64,000 bases of DNA from Vulcanimicrobiaceae bacterium (GCA_049520515.1 JBEKPS010000004.1:57395-121394), one strand, 5' to 3'. Numbered from the stretch's first letter, positions 28,071 through 38,552 are shown. Notes: generated by a model from the letters alone, not told the origin. Program-made: numbers and translations.

Positions 28071-29543
28071 ATGAAGATTGCCGTTTCGTATCCCCCGCTG
28101 GAGAGCGAATTGGGCGTAGCCCTGCTCTCGCAAAACCGGCAGTTTCAGTGGTTTAACAACCCGACGTTCATCTATCCGATGGTGCCGGCGTCGGCTGCTA
28201 CGGTATTGCAGTCGATGGGCCACGAAGTCGTATGGGATGACGCGATCGCCGAGCAACGTTCCGAGGCTGAATGGCTCAAGTGGTTCGAGGGCGCGAATCT
28301 CGATTTGATCGCCTTCGAGAGCAAGACGCCCACGATCAAGAAACATTGGCGACTTATCTCTGAGATGAAACGGCGAAGCCCGAAGACGATCGTCGTTCTC
28401 ATGGGTGATCACGTTACCGGCTTCCCTGAGGAATCGCTCGAGCAGTCACCCGTCGATTACGTTCTCACCGGCGGTGATTTTGATTTTAGCTTGCGCGACC
28501 TCGTCAATCATCTCGACAGGAGTGCGCCGATTGGGCCCGGGACGTACTCGTGGTCTGATGGAAAGATCGCGAACAGCGGAAATTTTTCGCTGGTCAACGA
28601 TCTCAACGAGCTGCCGATCATCGATCGCGATCTCACAAAGTGGAAACTCTACGCGTATAAGAACGGCAATTTCAAATACTTGCCGGGAACGTACACGATG
28701 GTCGGACGCGATTGCTGGTGGGGACACTGCACGTTCTGTTCGTGGACCGTAATGTTTCCGGGACAAAAGTTCCGGACGCGCACACCCGAGTCACTGCTCG
28801 AAGAAGTCGACATGCTGGTGAATAAGTATGGCGTTCGCGAGATTTTCGACGATACCGGGACGTTACCGGTCGGCGCGTGGCTGCACGAGTTCGCCGAAGG
28901 TTTGATCAAGCGCGGCCTGCACAAGAAAGTGCGTTTCGGCCACAACATGCGCTTCAATTATCTGACTAAAGAAGACTACCAGCTCATGGGTAAGGCCGGA
29001 TTCCGGTTCATCTTGTACGGACTCGAGTCCGCGAACCAGACAACGCTCAAGCGTCTGGCCAAGAACATGAAAACCGACACGATCGCACAAGAGCTACGCT
29101 GGGCCAAGAATGCCGGCCTCGCGCCGCACCTCACGACGATGATCGGTTATCCCTGGGAAAGCAAAGAAGAAGCCCGCAACACGATCGAGTTCACGAAGAA
29201 GATGTTCAGGACTGGCTGCGTCGACACGCTGCAGGCAACCGTGATCATGCCCTACGCCGGCACGCCCCTATATAAGGAAGCGGAGCATAACGGCTGGCTG
29301 CTCACCAAGGACTGGGACGACTACGACATGCGCAAGCCGATCCTGCAGAGCCCGCTGACGGCGGAAGACACCTTGACGCTGACTCAGGATCTCTATCGCG
29401 CCTTCATCAGCCCGCAGTTCATCTTCAATAAACTCATCAACATTCGCAGCTGGGAAGACGTGCATTTCATCGGGCGAGGCGTGAAGTACGTCCTTGGACA
29501 CTTGACCGATTTCAGTGTGCGTCAGGTGAAACCCGCCGCATAG
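28071..29543 (+). CDS. B12-binding-domain radical SAM enzyme
   Basis: 490 aa. N-terminal Rossmann-like cobalamin-binding-type domain (LDLIAFESKTPTIK..TIVVLMGDHVTGFPE..DYVLTGGDFDF). The cluster motif GRDCWWGHCTFCSW reads as Cx4Cx2C. Later motifs include FDDTGT and FILYGLESANQ. Confidence 0.85.
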   Translation: MKIAVSYPPLESELGVALLSQNRQFQWFNNPTFIYPMVPASAATVLQSMGHEVVWDDAIAEQRSEAEWLKWFEGANLDLIAFESKTPTIKKHWRLISEMKRRSPKTIVVLMGDHVTGFPEESLEQSPVDYVLTGGDFDFSLRDLVNHLDRSAPIGPGTYSWSDGKIANSGNFSLVNDLNELPIIDRDLTKWKLYAYKNGNFKYLPGTYTMVGRDCWWGHCTFCSWTVMFPGQKFRTRTPESLLEEVDMLVNKYGVREIFDDTGTLPVGAWLHEFAEGLIKRGLHKKVRFGHNMRFNYLTKEDYQLMGKAGFRFILYGLESANQTTLKRLAKNMKTDTIAQELRWAKNAGLAPHLTTMIGYPWESKEEARNTIEFTKKMFRTGCVDTLQATVIMPYAGTPLYKEAEHNGWLLTKDWDDYDMRKPILQSPLTAEDTLTLTQDLYRAFISPQFIFNKLINIRSWEDVHFIGRGVKYVLGHLTDFSVRQVKPAA

Positions 29544-29563
29544 AGACGCACTCACAACCCAAT

Positions 29564-30364
29564 GTGACCGTAACTACGCGCTCGTCGGCGGAATGGCCGG
29601 CGGAGATGGCTCGCGCTTTTGTCCCTTCGGTCGCCCTTTGGCGAACGATTGAGGCTCGAGCGGTCGAAGCAGCCTTTGCGAAATATCAGTTTCAAAGGCC
29701 GATCTTAGACCTCGGCTGCGGTGAAGGCAAGTTTGCTGCGATTGTATTTCCGCGAAACGGTATCGACGTCGGCTTGGATCTCGACGACGATATGATTCGC
29801 GATGCCCTTTCTACCGGGACATATGCGAGTGCGGTGCGTGGTGATGGCAGGCGCTTTCCGTTTGCGGATTGCTCGTTTGCGACCGTCTTCTCGAATTCGG
29901 TCATCGAACACATCGACGAACTCGATCCCGTATTGCGCGAGGTCGCGCGCGTCCTGAAGCCCGGCGGGCGATTTGTGGCTACTGTTCCCGTGCCCGGGTT
30001 CAAAGACGGCCTTTTCGTTAAGCGAAAGTTAGACTCCATGGGTCTTCGGCGCGCCGGCGCTCTCTACGGCGAAGCAATCAATGCAAAACTCCATCATGTC
30101 AACTTGCTCGAACAGGACTCCTGGCGCTTGCGGCTGCGATCGTGCGGACTCGAACTCGTCGACGGCGTACCGTACCTCGGTGAACGAGCCGTCGCCGCGT
30201 GGGATCGCCTGAGTATCGAGTACTTCATCCGAAGCCGCCTCAAGCTTCCCGTACCGTCCCGATCGGATGTCGTGCGATCTGCAATCGAGTCGCCTGGTAA
30301 CGCCCCATACGGTGCTTTGCTTGTTGTCGCAGAAAAACCCGACAAGGACGCGAGTCCAGCATGA
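29564..30364 (+). CDS. Class I SAM-dependent methyltransferase
   Basis: 266 aa. ILDLGCGEGK (motif I), FSNSVIEHIDE, LKPGGRFVATVP. Confidence 0.85.
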   Translation: MTVTTRSSAEWPAEMARAFVPSVALWRTIEARAVEAAFAKYQFQRPILDLGCGEGKFAAIVFPRNGIDVGLDLDDDMIRDALSTGTYASAVRGDGRRFPFADCSFATVFSNSVIEHIDELDPVLREVARVLKPGGRFVATVPVPGFKDGLFVKRKLDSMGLRRAGALYGEAINAKLHHVNLLEQDSWRLRLRSCGLELVDGVPYLGERAVAAWDRLSIEYFIRSRLKLPVPSRSDVVRSAIESPGNAPYGALLVVAEKPDKDASPA

Positions 30365-31101
30365 AGGACTCGTCGCGGACGACGACCGCAACCGATGTGC
30401 GTCAGCCGGAAAATCAATATGGAGCGGTCGAGGAAGATGACGATGTACGCGAGCGCTACCAACTTACGGCCAGCGTGTTGCTTCCGTATCTACACTCGGG
30501 AATGCGCGTGCTCGAGATGGGGTGCTATCGGGGCGGGCTACGTCAGTTCTTTCCGCGAGATCTGGACTACCATGGAGTTGATTTCGATCAAGCTGCGTTG
30601 CAAACGGCCGAGGCGCGAGGCATCGTTCCGCATGTTATGGATGCCGACCGCGGATTTCCGGAGGGTTTGCCGTCCGAATCGTTCGACGCGGTCATCGCAT
30701 GCGAAGTGCTCGAACATCTCGTGAATCCGCGCGCCATTCTTCGAGACCTGGTGCAACGGTGCAAGAGTGGAGGGCGCGTCCTCATCAGTCTTCCAAACGA
30801 AAATACGTTGTATCATCGGTTGATGTCGCTTTCGGGCCTCGGCGTCGACTCTTGCGCTTTTGAGCTGTATAAGCACCTTCACTTGCCGACCATCGCGCAG
30901 AGCCGAGCATTCATCGCCGGGGAGGTGAAGATCCTGACCGAGAAATCCTACGTTCTTCCGTCCGTGAAAAATACGCGGCTTGAGGGCGCCGGTGCAGTCA
31001 TGAGAATTATTCCTCGGCGTGGCTGGCAAGTGTTGGCCGATGTTATGCCCGGTTTGTTTGCTCGGGGAAGAATCTACTTGGGCACCCCGGCGAATCGCTA
31101 G
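30361..31101 (+). CDS. Class I SAM-dependent methyltransferase
   Basis: 246 aa. VLEMGCYRGG, VIACEVLEHLVNP, CKSGGRVLISLPNE. The ATG overlaps the previous stop (ATGA). Confidence 0.85.
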   Translation: MKDSSRTTTATDVRQPENQYGAVEEDDDVRERYQLTASVLLPYLHSGMRVLEMGCYRGGLRQFFPRDLDYHGVDFDQAALQTAEARGIVPHVMDADRGFPEGLPSESFDAVIACEVLEHLVNPRAILRDLVQRCKSGGRVLISLPNENTLYHRLMSLSGLGVDSCAFELYKHLHLPTIAQSRAFIAGEVKILTEKSYVLPSVKNTRLEGAGAVMRIIPRRGWQVLADVMPGLFARGRIYLGTPANR

Positions 31102-31111
31102 GAACCGTCTC

Positions 31112-32122
31112 GTGTCACCTCCGGAAATTTCCGTCTTCTTACCCTCCGTTCGGCGACCGTCGACGTTGAAGGACGCACTCGACGCGCTCGTTGCGCAAAC
31201 GTTCCGTGATTTCGAAGTGCTTATGGTATTCAATTTCGCGGAAACCGAGACGAAAGCAGTAGTAGATCAATACGAGAGCCAGCTGCGCATGCAAAGAATT
31301 CACGCTACTGGAGGTCTCGTAGAGGCCGCGAACCTGGCGGTAAAGGCGGCTAACGGTGAGATATTCATTCGAACCGATGACGACGCCGTCGGTTCCCCGC
31401 ATTGGCTCGAAGGCATACACGAGACATTTGCATCCAGCGCGGACATCGGTGGCGTTACGGGGCCGACAACGATTCCTCAAGCGAACCTTGACGGGCGCGA
31501 CCTAACGCTGCTGTATCAACGGATGGATAACGGTTCGCTACCTTGGCGCCTCATGGGGAAACTCTATAAAGGCTGGATTCTGGAAGGAAAGGGTAACGAA
31601 GTTTCTCGCTTCCTCGATTCCGGCGCGTTTACGCTCGGGTCGAATTTCGTTGCTGCGCGTTCGTTGCCGGGCCCACTCGAAGTCGACCATATGGAAGCGT
31701 GCAACTGGGCAGCGAGAACCGTTCTGCTTCGAAGAATCGGCGGTTTCGATCCCGCCTACCTCGAGCTCGGCGAGTACCACGAACCTGACGCCTCGTTCAA
31801 GATACGCAAACTCGGCTATAAGGTCGTCTTCAATCCGAAGGCTGCAATCGAACATCGGCCGTCGATCCTAGGCATATTCAAGGCTCGGCCGAAGGCGTTT
31901 ACAAGAAGTCAGAACTTTTTGTTATTTTATTTCCGGCACATTCGCCCGCGCCGTCCTCAGGGCTGGCTGCGCTTTCTCGTTTACCTCGGCATGATGAACG
32001 GCTACTGGTGCTACAAGGCATTTTGCACTCGAGATTATCGGCCGGTGCTGGGCGTTCTGGGTACAGTTGTCGGTGCGATCCGGTATGCGCCGGAGCTCTT
32101 CCGGCCGCGATCAGCTTCATAA
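31112..32122 (+). CDS. GT2 glycosyltransferase
   Basis: I chose GTG31112 (VSPPEISVFLPSVRRPSTLKDALDALVAQTFRDFEVLMV). DxD-type motif RTDDDAV. The track start at 31019 overlaps the preceding gene. Confidence 0.8.
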   Translation: MSPPEISVFLPSVRRPSTLKDALDALVAQTFRDFEVLMVFNFAETETKAVVDQYESQLRMQRIHATGGLVEAANLAVKAANGEIFIRTDDDAVGSPHWLEGIHETFASSADIGGVTGPTTIPQANLDGRDLTLLYQRMDNGSLPWRLMGKLYKGWILEGKGNEVSRFLDSGAFTLGSNFVAARSLPGPLEVDHMEACNWAARTVLLRRIGGFDPAYLELGEYHEPDASFKIRKLGYKVVFNPKAAIEHRPSILGIFKARPKAFTRSQNFLLFYFRHIRPRRPQGWLRFLVYLGMMNGYWCYKAFCTRDYRPVLGVLGTVVGAIRYAPELFRPRSAS

Positions 32123-33334
32123 GTGCTCGCACAAAGAGTCGACGTAAGGGAAGGCAACGATCCTAAGATCCGGATCGGAATGGTAACAACGTTGCAGCCG
32201 GAGTCGCACGTCGCGCGTTTCTTGCTTGCCGAGCTTCAAAAAATCGAACCGGTGGCAATCCTATGCGAGCAAGACGCTCGTAATGCCGAAGCCCCTTTCG
32301 AAGACGTCTATCAGTTGTGGACGGTTGGGTCGCAGTTCAGAGCTGCAATCCTCAAAACGGTGCGTGCGCTCGGCATTCGAGTGCTGCATATCCACCACGA
32401 ATTCAATATGTACGGTAAACTCGGTTTACTCGAATTTCCGCGGCTGTTGGGCGATCTCAAGAAGTTAGGCGTTAGAACGCTGGTTACGGTTCACGGCGTC
32501 ATTCCTCCAGACGTGATCGACGATGCGTTCGCCACGACGTTTGGAGTGCCCAAGTTTCCATTGTCGTCGCACGTCTATCGCGGCGTCTTCGGCAAGTTCT
32601 ATCGGGTCTTGGCGAAATCTGCGGATGCCATTCACGTGCACTCCGAACGCTCCAAGCGTGATCTCGTCGATTATTATGGTGCGCGACCCGATCATGTCCA
32701 CGTGATTCCCGTTGGGATCCCGTTTTCAGAACCCAGCTCGGAATTGCCGCTCGCGCCCTGGGTGCCGTTCGTCAACGAATCGACACTGTTGTTCTTCGGC
32801 TACGTCCTGCCGCGCAAGGGCCTCGAAGTCCTCATCCAAGCATTTGCTCGCGTGCGTCAGGTCGTCCCCGAAGCGCGCCTCATCATCGCGGGCGGCGAGC
32901 TTCCCGCACATCAGCAATATGCGCAGTCGCTTCGCGATTTGGTTTCTCGATCGGGTCTGAGCGACAGCATCGTCTTCACCGGATTTATCAGCCACACGGA
33001 GATGCGCTGGCTGTATCGAGAGGCGGCCGCCGTCGTATTGCCGTACACGATTTCCGTGTCGAGCAGCCTTCCGTTGTCCTTCGCAGTTGAGGCTCGAACG
33101 CCGGTCATAGCGTCCGACTTCGAACAGTTTAGCGAGATTTTGAGAGAGTATCGTTTCGGCAGTCTCGTCAAGGCCGGCGATGCCACGGCCCTTGGCGACG
33201 CATGCATCAAGATGTTGACGGATGGCGAGTTCAGAGAATCGTGCGCAGCAGAAGCCGAGCGCTGCGCGAACGATCTATCTTGGGCAAACGCGGCAGTTCG
33301 TGCACACGCTCTCTACGAGAATCTTGCCTCATGA
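32123..33334 (+). CDS. GT4 (GT-B fold) glycosyltransferase
   Basis: 403 aa. FFGYVLPRKGLEVLIQAF, LIIAGG, VVLPY..S.SSSLPLSFAVE resemble the Glycos_transf_1 C-domain pattern. Confidence 0.85.
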   Translation: MLAQRVDVREGNDPKIRIGMVTTLQPESHVARFLLAELQKIEPVAILCEQDARNAEAPFEDVYQLWTVGSQFRAAILKTVRALGIRVLHIHHEFNMYGKLGLLEFPRLLGDLKKLGVRTLVTVHGVIPPDVIDDAFATTFGVPKFPLSSHVYRGVFGKFYRVLAKSADAIHVHSERSKRDLVDYYGARPDHVHVIPVGIPFSEPSSELPLAPWVPFVNESTLLFFGYVLPRKGLEVLIQAFARVRQVVPEARLIIAGGELPAHQQYAQSLRDLVSRSGLSDSIVFTGFISHTEMRWLYREAAAVVLPYTISVSSSLPLSFAVEARTPVIASDFEQFSEILREYRFGSLVKAGDATALGDACIKMLTDGEFRESCAAEAERCANDLSWANAAVRAHALYENLAS

Positions 33335-34413
33335 ATGTCGTGCCCGGGCGAGTTTCAGTCATCATCGTAAACTACAACGCTGTGAGCTATGCTCAAGCGT
33401 GCCTGCGCGCGGTCTTGGCTAATGAGTATCGCGATTACGAGATCATCGTCATCGATAATGGTTCGAAAGACGGAAGCGTGGAAGCCCTCACGAGCGAATT
33501 CGGCAACGCCGGAGTTCGCGTGATTGCACTCGGCGAAAATCTCGGGCCCTCCGCCGCTCGCAACCTTGCTGCGCGCGAAGCCACGGGCGAGTACTTTGCG
33601 TTTCTCGATAACGATACCGAACCGAAGCCGGATTGGATAACCCGCGCCGTTGAAAGGTTCCAAAGTGAACCAGACGTTGCGGCCATCCAATGCAAGCTGC
33701 TGCTGTTACGTCAACCCGACTGCTTTGACTACGTCGGTGACTACCTGGGTTCGTTCGGCTTTCTCATTCAACCGGTGCATGGAGGAGACAAGGACGTCGG
33801 TCAGGCCGAATCGTCTTACGAGATTCTCAGTGCAAAGTCTGCGGGAATGTTCGTCCGATCCGATGCTTTTCGCCACGTTGACGGATTCGATGACGATTAC
33901 TTCATCTACGTAGAGGAGACGGACCTCGGCCTAAAGCTTTGGCTTGCTGGGTACCGCTCCGTCTACGAACCCCGCTCAGTTGTATTGCACGCGTTTGGTA
34001 CGAGCGCTATATCCTCACCCGACCAGCATCATTATCGCGCGAGATTTCACGGGACAAAGAACTACGTCCTAACGCTGGTGAAGAATCTCGAAACGTCGAC
34101 GCTCGTTCGAATTTTGCCGATGCACGTGGCACTTTGGCTAGGCTTTGCCGGACTCAACATGGCGAAGGGACGGGTGCGCAGCGGGTTCTGGATATTGTCT
34201 GGTTTGTGGTGGAACGTTGTGAACTTACCGCGGACCCTTGCCAAGCGAAGAGCCGTTCAAGCGAAACGAAAGTGGAGCGATTCGGTGATACTCGCACGAG
34301 TGGGCCGGCGCGACAGCCTGCGCAGCCTCTACGCGAAGGCTACAGGCGTACGAGCCATCGGAAATTATCGCCCGGGAAATTTAGGCGTTTCGGCCGGGCA
34401 GAATAAGCCCTGA
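33331..34413 (+). CDS. GT2 glycosyltransferase (rhamnosyltransferase-like)
   Basis: ATG33331 overlaps the previous stop (ATGA). VSVIIVNYNAVSY..YEIIVIDNGSKDGS, FLDNDTEP, DDDYFIYVEETDLGLK. Confidence 0.85.
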   Translation: MNVVPGRVSVIIVNYNAVSYAQACLRAVLANEYRDYEIIVIDNGSKDGSVEALTSEFGNAGVRVIALGENLGPSAARNLAAREATGEYFAFLDNDTEPKPDWITRAVERFQSEPDVAAIQCKLLLLRQPDCFDYVGDYLGSFGFLIQPVHGGDKDVGQAESSYEILSAKSAGMFVRSDAFRHVDGFDDDYFIYVEETDLGLKLWLAGYRSVYEPRSVVLHAFGTSAISSPDQHHYRARFHGTKNYVLTLVKNLETSTLVRILPMHVALWLGFAGLNMAKGRVRSGFWILSGLWWNVVNLPRTLAKRRAVQAKRKWSDSVILARVGRRDSLRSLYAKATGVRAIGNYRPGNLGVSAGQNKP

Positions 34414-37400
34414 ACAACGAGCAGCCAGAGTAGACCATAGGCCCACAGGCTAGCGATCATACTGTCGCTCTCGGGTTTAGCGTCGCAATAGACTGCGGAA
34501 GCGACGAGCATCGCCATCGCACTGCAGACCAGCAAAAATGGTGGGACAACCTGTTCGCTGGAAGGCTGTTCCGGTTTGGCTCCCCGACTCGTCCGAACGA
34601 GAACGATGCTGAATGCGAGTGCGGCCACAGCGATAACAGCTCCGATGAGAAATAGAATGGCCGGCGCGTAGACAAACCATACAGTGGACCGTTCAGAAGC
34701 CGTATCGATAACGAACGCCGATGACCCGCGCAGGATGGCTTCCGTGGGGCCCGTCGCCGCTCCGGGACCTTCAAAGCGGGCGACGATGTGGCCGGGCAAC
34801 ATGATCCAACGCTTAACGTCATTCACGTTGATACCGAGCGCGCACCGTCGACAATTGCGCAGATCGACACGGAATATCCAGGGCAGTGGATGCGTGAAGC
34901 TCGCGATATCCGCGGAGCTTACCTCGGGGGCGGCGTTACTCGATCGCGTAAACAGCACGCCGTTTGGGCCCAGCTCCTCGAGGCGCACATCGCGCAAGCT
35001 TACGTCTCCGGCTGCATACGTCGAGACTTTAAAGCTCATGATCCCGCTGCTCGTTGCGTCGGGGAAAACGTCAAAGATGGAACGGTGCCACGCCCCGTCA
35101 CTGGACATGGTTTCCAGGACTGCTTGTCCACCGTCGAGTCGTACGCTAAGCGCCCCCGTTACTTTCGTCCGATAATTGAGACTCAATCTGTAAGCGGTGC
35201 CAACCGACAACAGGGCTGTCGTTGTCCAGTTAACCGTGCCGGTGAAGTTTACTTGTCCTCGTCCGCTCGTGTATCGCGCCGCGAGTGGATCGGTTGGATC
35301 GCTCCAATTATTGATTTGAACGGGATAGCCTATATTTGTCGCATCGAGTACGGGATAACCAGCACCAAGTTGCGCGCGAACGAGTGCGCGAACGTCCTTC
35401 ATCTTCGGCGATAACGTTCGAACAGGCCGCAATTGAATTGAACCATAGGTAACCGAAGCGCCGATCAGGCCGGCTTTCGGCTTCAACAAGCCATACGATG
35501 TATCGCGGGACCCGTCAGAAACACGTAGAGCATCGTTCACCAACGTATCGAATTGCGTGAGGTTCGGTATTACTGTCTGCGAGTTTGCGACGAGCGATAT
35601 GCGGAGCGGAGACTTTCCCGTGCAAATTCGCTGCACGTGTGGGGTCAAATCTACGGCACCGGCGTACCATTCGGTCGGATACGCCACGGCTATGGCGTGG
35701 GCGCGTCCGCATTTATCGAATCGTACGTAGCGTGTTTGCGGATTCGAGACGAGCAAATCCAACTCGCCGCGTAGTTGCGTGCTTCCAATTGGCTCAGCGA
35801 CTGCCGTCAGCGGCGGCAAGACGTTCGACTGATCGACCGGGCTCAGGAGCATACGGTTCGGAAAATCGTCCAGTCGAAAGTTAACGTTCGGACTGAGGTC
35901 AAGCGAGCCCACAATTGTGTGGAGCGATCGTTGCAAAGCATCGGTGCTCATCGCAATTGGATTCTGAAGCGAATGTACGATGCTACCGGGTTGAGCGATC
36001 AGCTCGTACAAATCGAGCTGAGCCGAACTGTAGACCGGCCGAGCGTGGTCGTGCACTAGCGCTCCTAGCGCCAGAGGAGGCGTCACGCCGTTCTTCACGT
36101 CGCGGTGAACAACGACGTAGCGAACGTTCAACCATCGCAAAGCGCGTTCAAGACGTGTTTCCGGAGCGTCTTGCAATCCGTTCGCGACATCGGTGAAATC
36201 CGTAATCGGGTTGCGCGCAAATCCGAGCAGCGGGTCCTGGCCTACGTATCCCCACGTAAAGAGCGGATAGGGAGGAGCGCCGGAATTGAAGATAACCGTC
36301 CGCTCTGTTGGCGGCGCGCGTCTGAGAATCCGAGCGACATCACTGTATGACACCGGGACGTTCGTGAGAAATGCCGCTCCGCCGGCCTCGGAGGGATTCC
36401 GCAACATCGATCCCGCGAAGGCCGGCCAAGGATAGACGCATGTCGCGAGAATCCCGATCACGACACAAGCTATCGCAGACAGCCACCTCAGCCGAAGCCC
36501 GTTCGCTAGCCAGCTTGCGAGCGAAGCGAGTGACATTCCAAAGAGCGTTGAGATCGCGAGAATGCCGAGCGGCATCCACTTATCCCACGGTGACCGGAAG
36601 ATGGTGAAACCCGGAACGTGGTCGATGAGCGCCGCATAGATGAATCCGAGCGGCGCGTGCGTACCCTTCGCCAAAAAATCGGTCACAAGGAATGTTACGA
36701 GCAACATCGCGCCAAGCCGAGGTCGAAGGCGTCCAAAGCACAACACCGCGATGAGCAGCGGCAAATATCCGAAGATGTCTGCGTTGAGGCTCGTGTACCA
36801 ACTCGCATGCGGAATGTCGAGTCCGCCGGTGGTCCCGTCGAACTTGAAAAGTCGAGCGAAGCTCGAACGCTGGCTCATCCATTCGAGCCAGGCCGTAACG
36901 CTGAAGTTTGTGACGGTACGTAACCCTGTCGAGATGATCGTTGGGAGCGTCAATAACCACCACGCGCAGCCGAGCAGGCCGAGGATTGTACCGAAGATGG
37001 CAGTCTTTATGATTCGGCCTTGCGCGCGGCCCTCGACGATAAACCACATTGCAGCGATGGGTATGACGAGCAGGAGCACGCCGAAACGGGCGACGTTGGT
37101 TGCTGAACCGCCATCGATGATGATCGCGATGGCAACGATTCCAATTCCGGTAAGCGCCCGGCGTTGAGCCCCGATGCACACGCCGTACGCCACCCACGGA
37201 AGCGCGGCATAGCTGAGCATGAGATCGAAGATAGGGCCGCTGTAAGCCCAAACAACGTACGCGTTGACACCGTAAACGAGGGCGGCGAAGAACGAACCTA
37301 TCTCGGCTTGTTCTTCAGTCACACGGTCTTGCAGTACGGCTCGAACAAGTGTGTATTCGCCAAGAAACGTCAGGAAAAACATCGCCGCAAAAACAATACG

Positions 37401-37718
37401 CTCGATCGCGGGCGGCGAAAGACCGAAGGCTTGTAACGCGGAGGCTGTAGTCAGCAGCGGGAAAAGTGCTCCGAGCCACAGCGCTCCGTTATATCCTAAT
37501 CCGGTGTAGTTATGGTAAATGCCGGCGAGGTCGAGCAGATACGATGTCGGATCTGCCCAGACCGCGCTTGCATCGCCTCCGATCAGTACTCGCGACGTTC
37601 CGAAGTTCGCAATTACAATCCAGAATGAGAGCGCTGCGAATAGGCTAATAATCAGTGCGCGAGAAGGGAAGCGGCTGCCGCTAGAGGCAGTACGCAGGCT
37701 GAAATGCTCAGCCGTCAA
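34365..37718 (-). CDS. Giant GT-C-like membrane glycosyltransferase, AftD/DUF3367-like (paralogue 1)
   Basis: 1117 aa. Roughly a dozen N-terminal hydrophobic segments. The first loop reads IGGDASAVWADPTSYLLDL..GLGYNG; other motifs are PGFTIFRSPWDKW and LNVRYVVVHRD. About 550 aa of non-membrane region follow, then C-terminal TM helices. TTG start. Confidence 0.75.
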   Translation of the reverse strand: MTAEHFSLRTASSGSRFPSRALIISLFAALSFWIVIANFGTSRVLIGGDASAVWADPTSYLLDLAGIYHNYTGLGYNGALWLGALFPLLTTASALQAFGLSPPAIERIVFAAMFFLTFLGEYTLVRAVLQDRVTEEQAEIGSFFAALVYGVNAYVVWAYSGPIFDLMLSYAALPWVAYGVCIGAQRRALTGIGIVAIAIIIDGGSATNVARFGVLLLVIPIAAMWFIVEGRAQGRIIKTAIFGTILGLLGCAWWLLTLPTIISTGLRTVTNFSVTAWLEWMSQRSSFARLFKFDGTTGGLDIPHASWYTSLNADIFGYLPLLIAVLCFGRLRPRLGAMLLVTFLVTDFLAKGTHAPLGFIYAALIDHVPGFTIFRSPWDKWMPLGILAISTLFGMSLASLASWLANGLRLRWLSAIACVVIGILATCVYPWPAFAGSMLRNPSEAGGAAFLTNVPVSYSDVARILRRAPPTERTVIFNSGAPPYPLFTWGYVGQDPLLGFARNPITDFTDVANGLQDAPETRLERALRWLNVRYVVVHRDVKNGVTPPLALGALVHDHARPVYSSAQLDLYELIAQPGSIVHSLQNPIAMSTDALQRSLHTIVGSLDLSPNVNFRLDDFPNRMLLSPVDQSNVLPPLTAVAEPIGSTQLRGELDLLVSNPQTRYVRFDKCGRAHAIAVAYPTEWYAGAVDLTPHVQRICTGKSPLRISLVANSQTVIPNLTQFDTLVNDALRVSDGSRDTSYGLLKPKAGLIGASVTYGSIQLRPVRTLSPKMKDVRALVRAQLGAGYPVLDATNIGYPVQINNWSDPTDPLAARYTSGRGQVNFTGTVNWTTTALLSVGTAYRLSLNYRTKVTGALSVRLDGGQAVLETMSSDGAWHRSIFDVFPDATSSGIMSFKVSTYAAGDVSLRDVRLEELGPNGVLFTRSSNAAPEVSSADIASFTHPLPWIFRVDLRNCRRCALGINVNDVKRWIMLPGHIVARFEGPGAATGPTEAILRGSSAFVIDTASERSTVWFVYAPAILFLIGAVIAVAALAFSIVLVRTSRGAKPEQPSSEQVVPPFLLVCSAMAMLVASAVYCDAKPESDSMIASLWAYGLLWLLVVQGLFCPAETPKFPGR

Positions 37719-38552
37719 GACGTGCTTCCATCGCTATCATGCGATCGGTTATCCGAGGCACAACGAGCGCGCCTGGACCTGTGGTATCGTCGTTCGCGCG
37801 ACATCTTGGCTCGCTTCGCGGACCTGCAGGCAGAACCCGCGCTTCAATATTCACTTTATGATTCGTACCAGGAGTTCAAGAAACTCGAGACCCTCATCAA
37901 ATGGGCTCGAGATCTGACGTCGCGATCGGGAAAACGGATTCGTGTTCTGGATATGGCGAGCAGCATTGGAAATATTTCCGTGCCTCTGGCCAAGATTGGC
38001 TGCGAAGTCCATGCGGTCGAGGTGAACAAGGAAAGCATTGCTTGTTTGCGGGCCTTGTCGCCCGATGTCATCATCCACGAGACGTCGCTGCTTAATTTGC
38101 AACGAGCCGATCTGGGCGCAGACTTCGATCTTATCATCGCCGCGGACGTGCTTGAACATCTCGCCAAACCACAAGACGTCATTCAAGATGCCTACGACCT
38201 TCTAAATAACGGCGGGACGTTTGCTGTCGCGATCCCAAACGGCTACGGCCCGTTTGAACTCTTGCTCGATATTCCAGTGACGACCGTGAAACGGTTGCTA
38301 AGACGCATAGACAATGAATATGATTTTCACGTCCAGTTCTTTACGCTCGAACGTTTCCGAAGACTAACCTCGGCCTTTGAGATGACATCGGTCGAGAACT
38401 TTTCGTTTTTGGGTTTTTATCCACAAATCAACGGCTCCCGCTTAGCGAAACTCGATTTCGAGTTTAGCCTCCGGCTCCCCCACGCGGTCGCTTCGCGGTG
38501 GCTCATCCGGTTGGAAAAGTTACAGTCAGCTGGTGCACTGCGGAATGGATGA
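37704..38552 (+). CDS. Class I SAM-dependent methyltransferase
   Basis: 282 aa. IRVLDMASSIGN, IIAADVLEHLAKP, LNNGGTFAVAIPNGYGPFE. ATG37704 would overlap the divergent TTG37718 start; GTG37722 is an alternative. Confidence 0.8.
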   Translation: MLSRQDVLPSLSCDRLSEAQRARLDLWYRRSRDILARFADLQAEPALQYSLYDSYQEFKKLETLIKWARDLTSRSGKRIRVLDMASSIGNISVPLAKIGCEVHAVEVNKESIACLRALSPDVIIHETSLLNLQRADLGADFDLIIAADVLEHLAKPQDVIQDAYDLLNNGGTFAVAIPNGYGPFELLLDIPVTTVKRLLRRIDNEYDFHVQFFTLERFRRLTSAFEMTSVENFSFLGFYPQINGSRLAKLDFEFSLRLPHAVASRWLIRLEKLQSAGALRNG

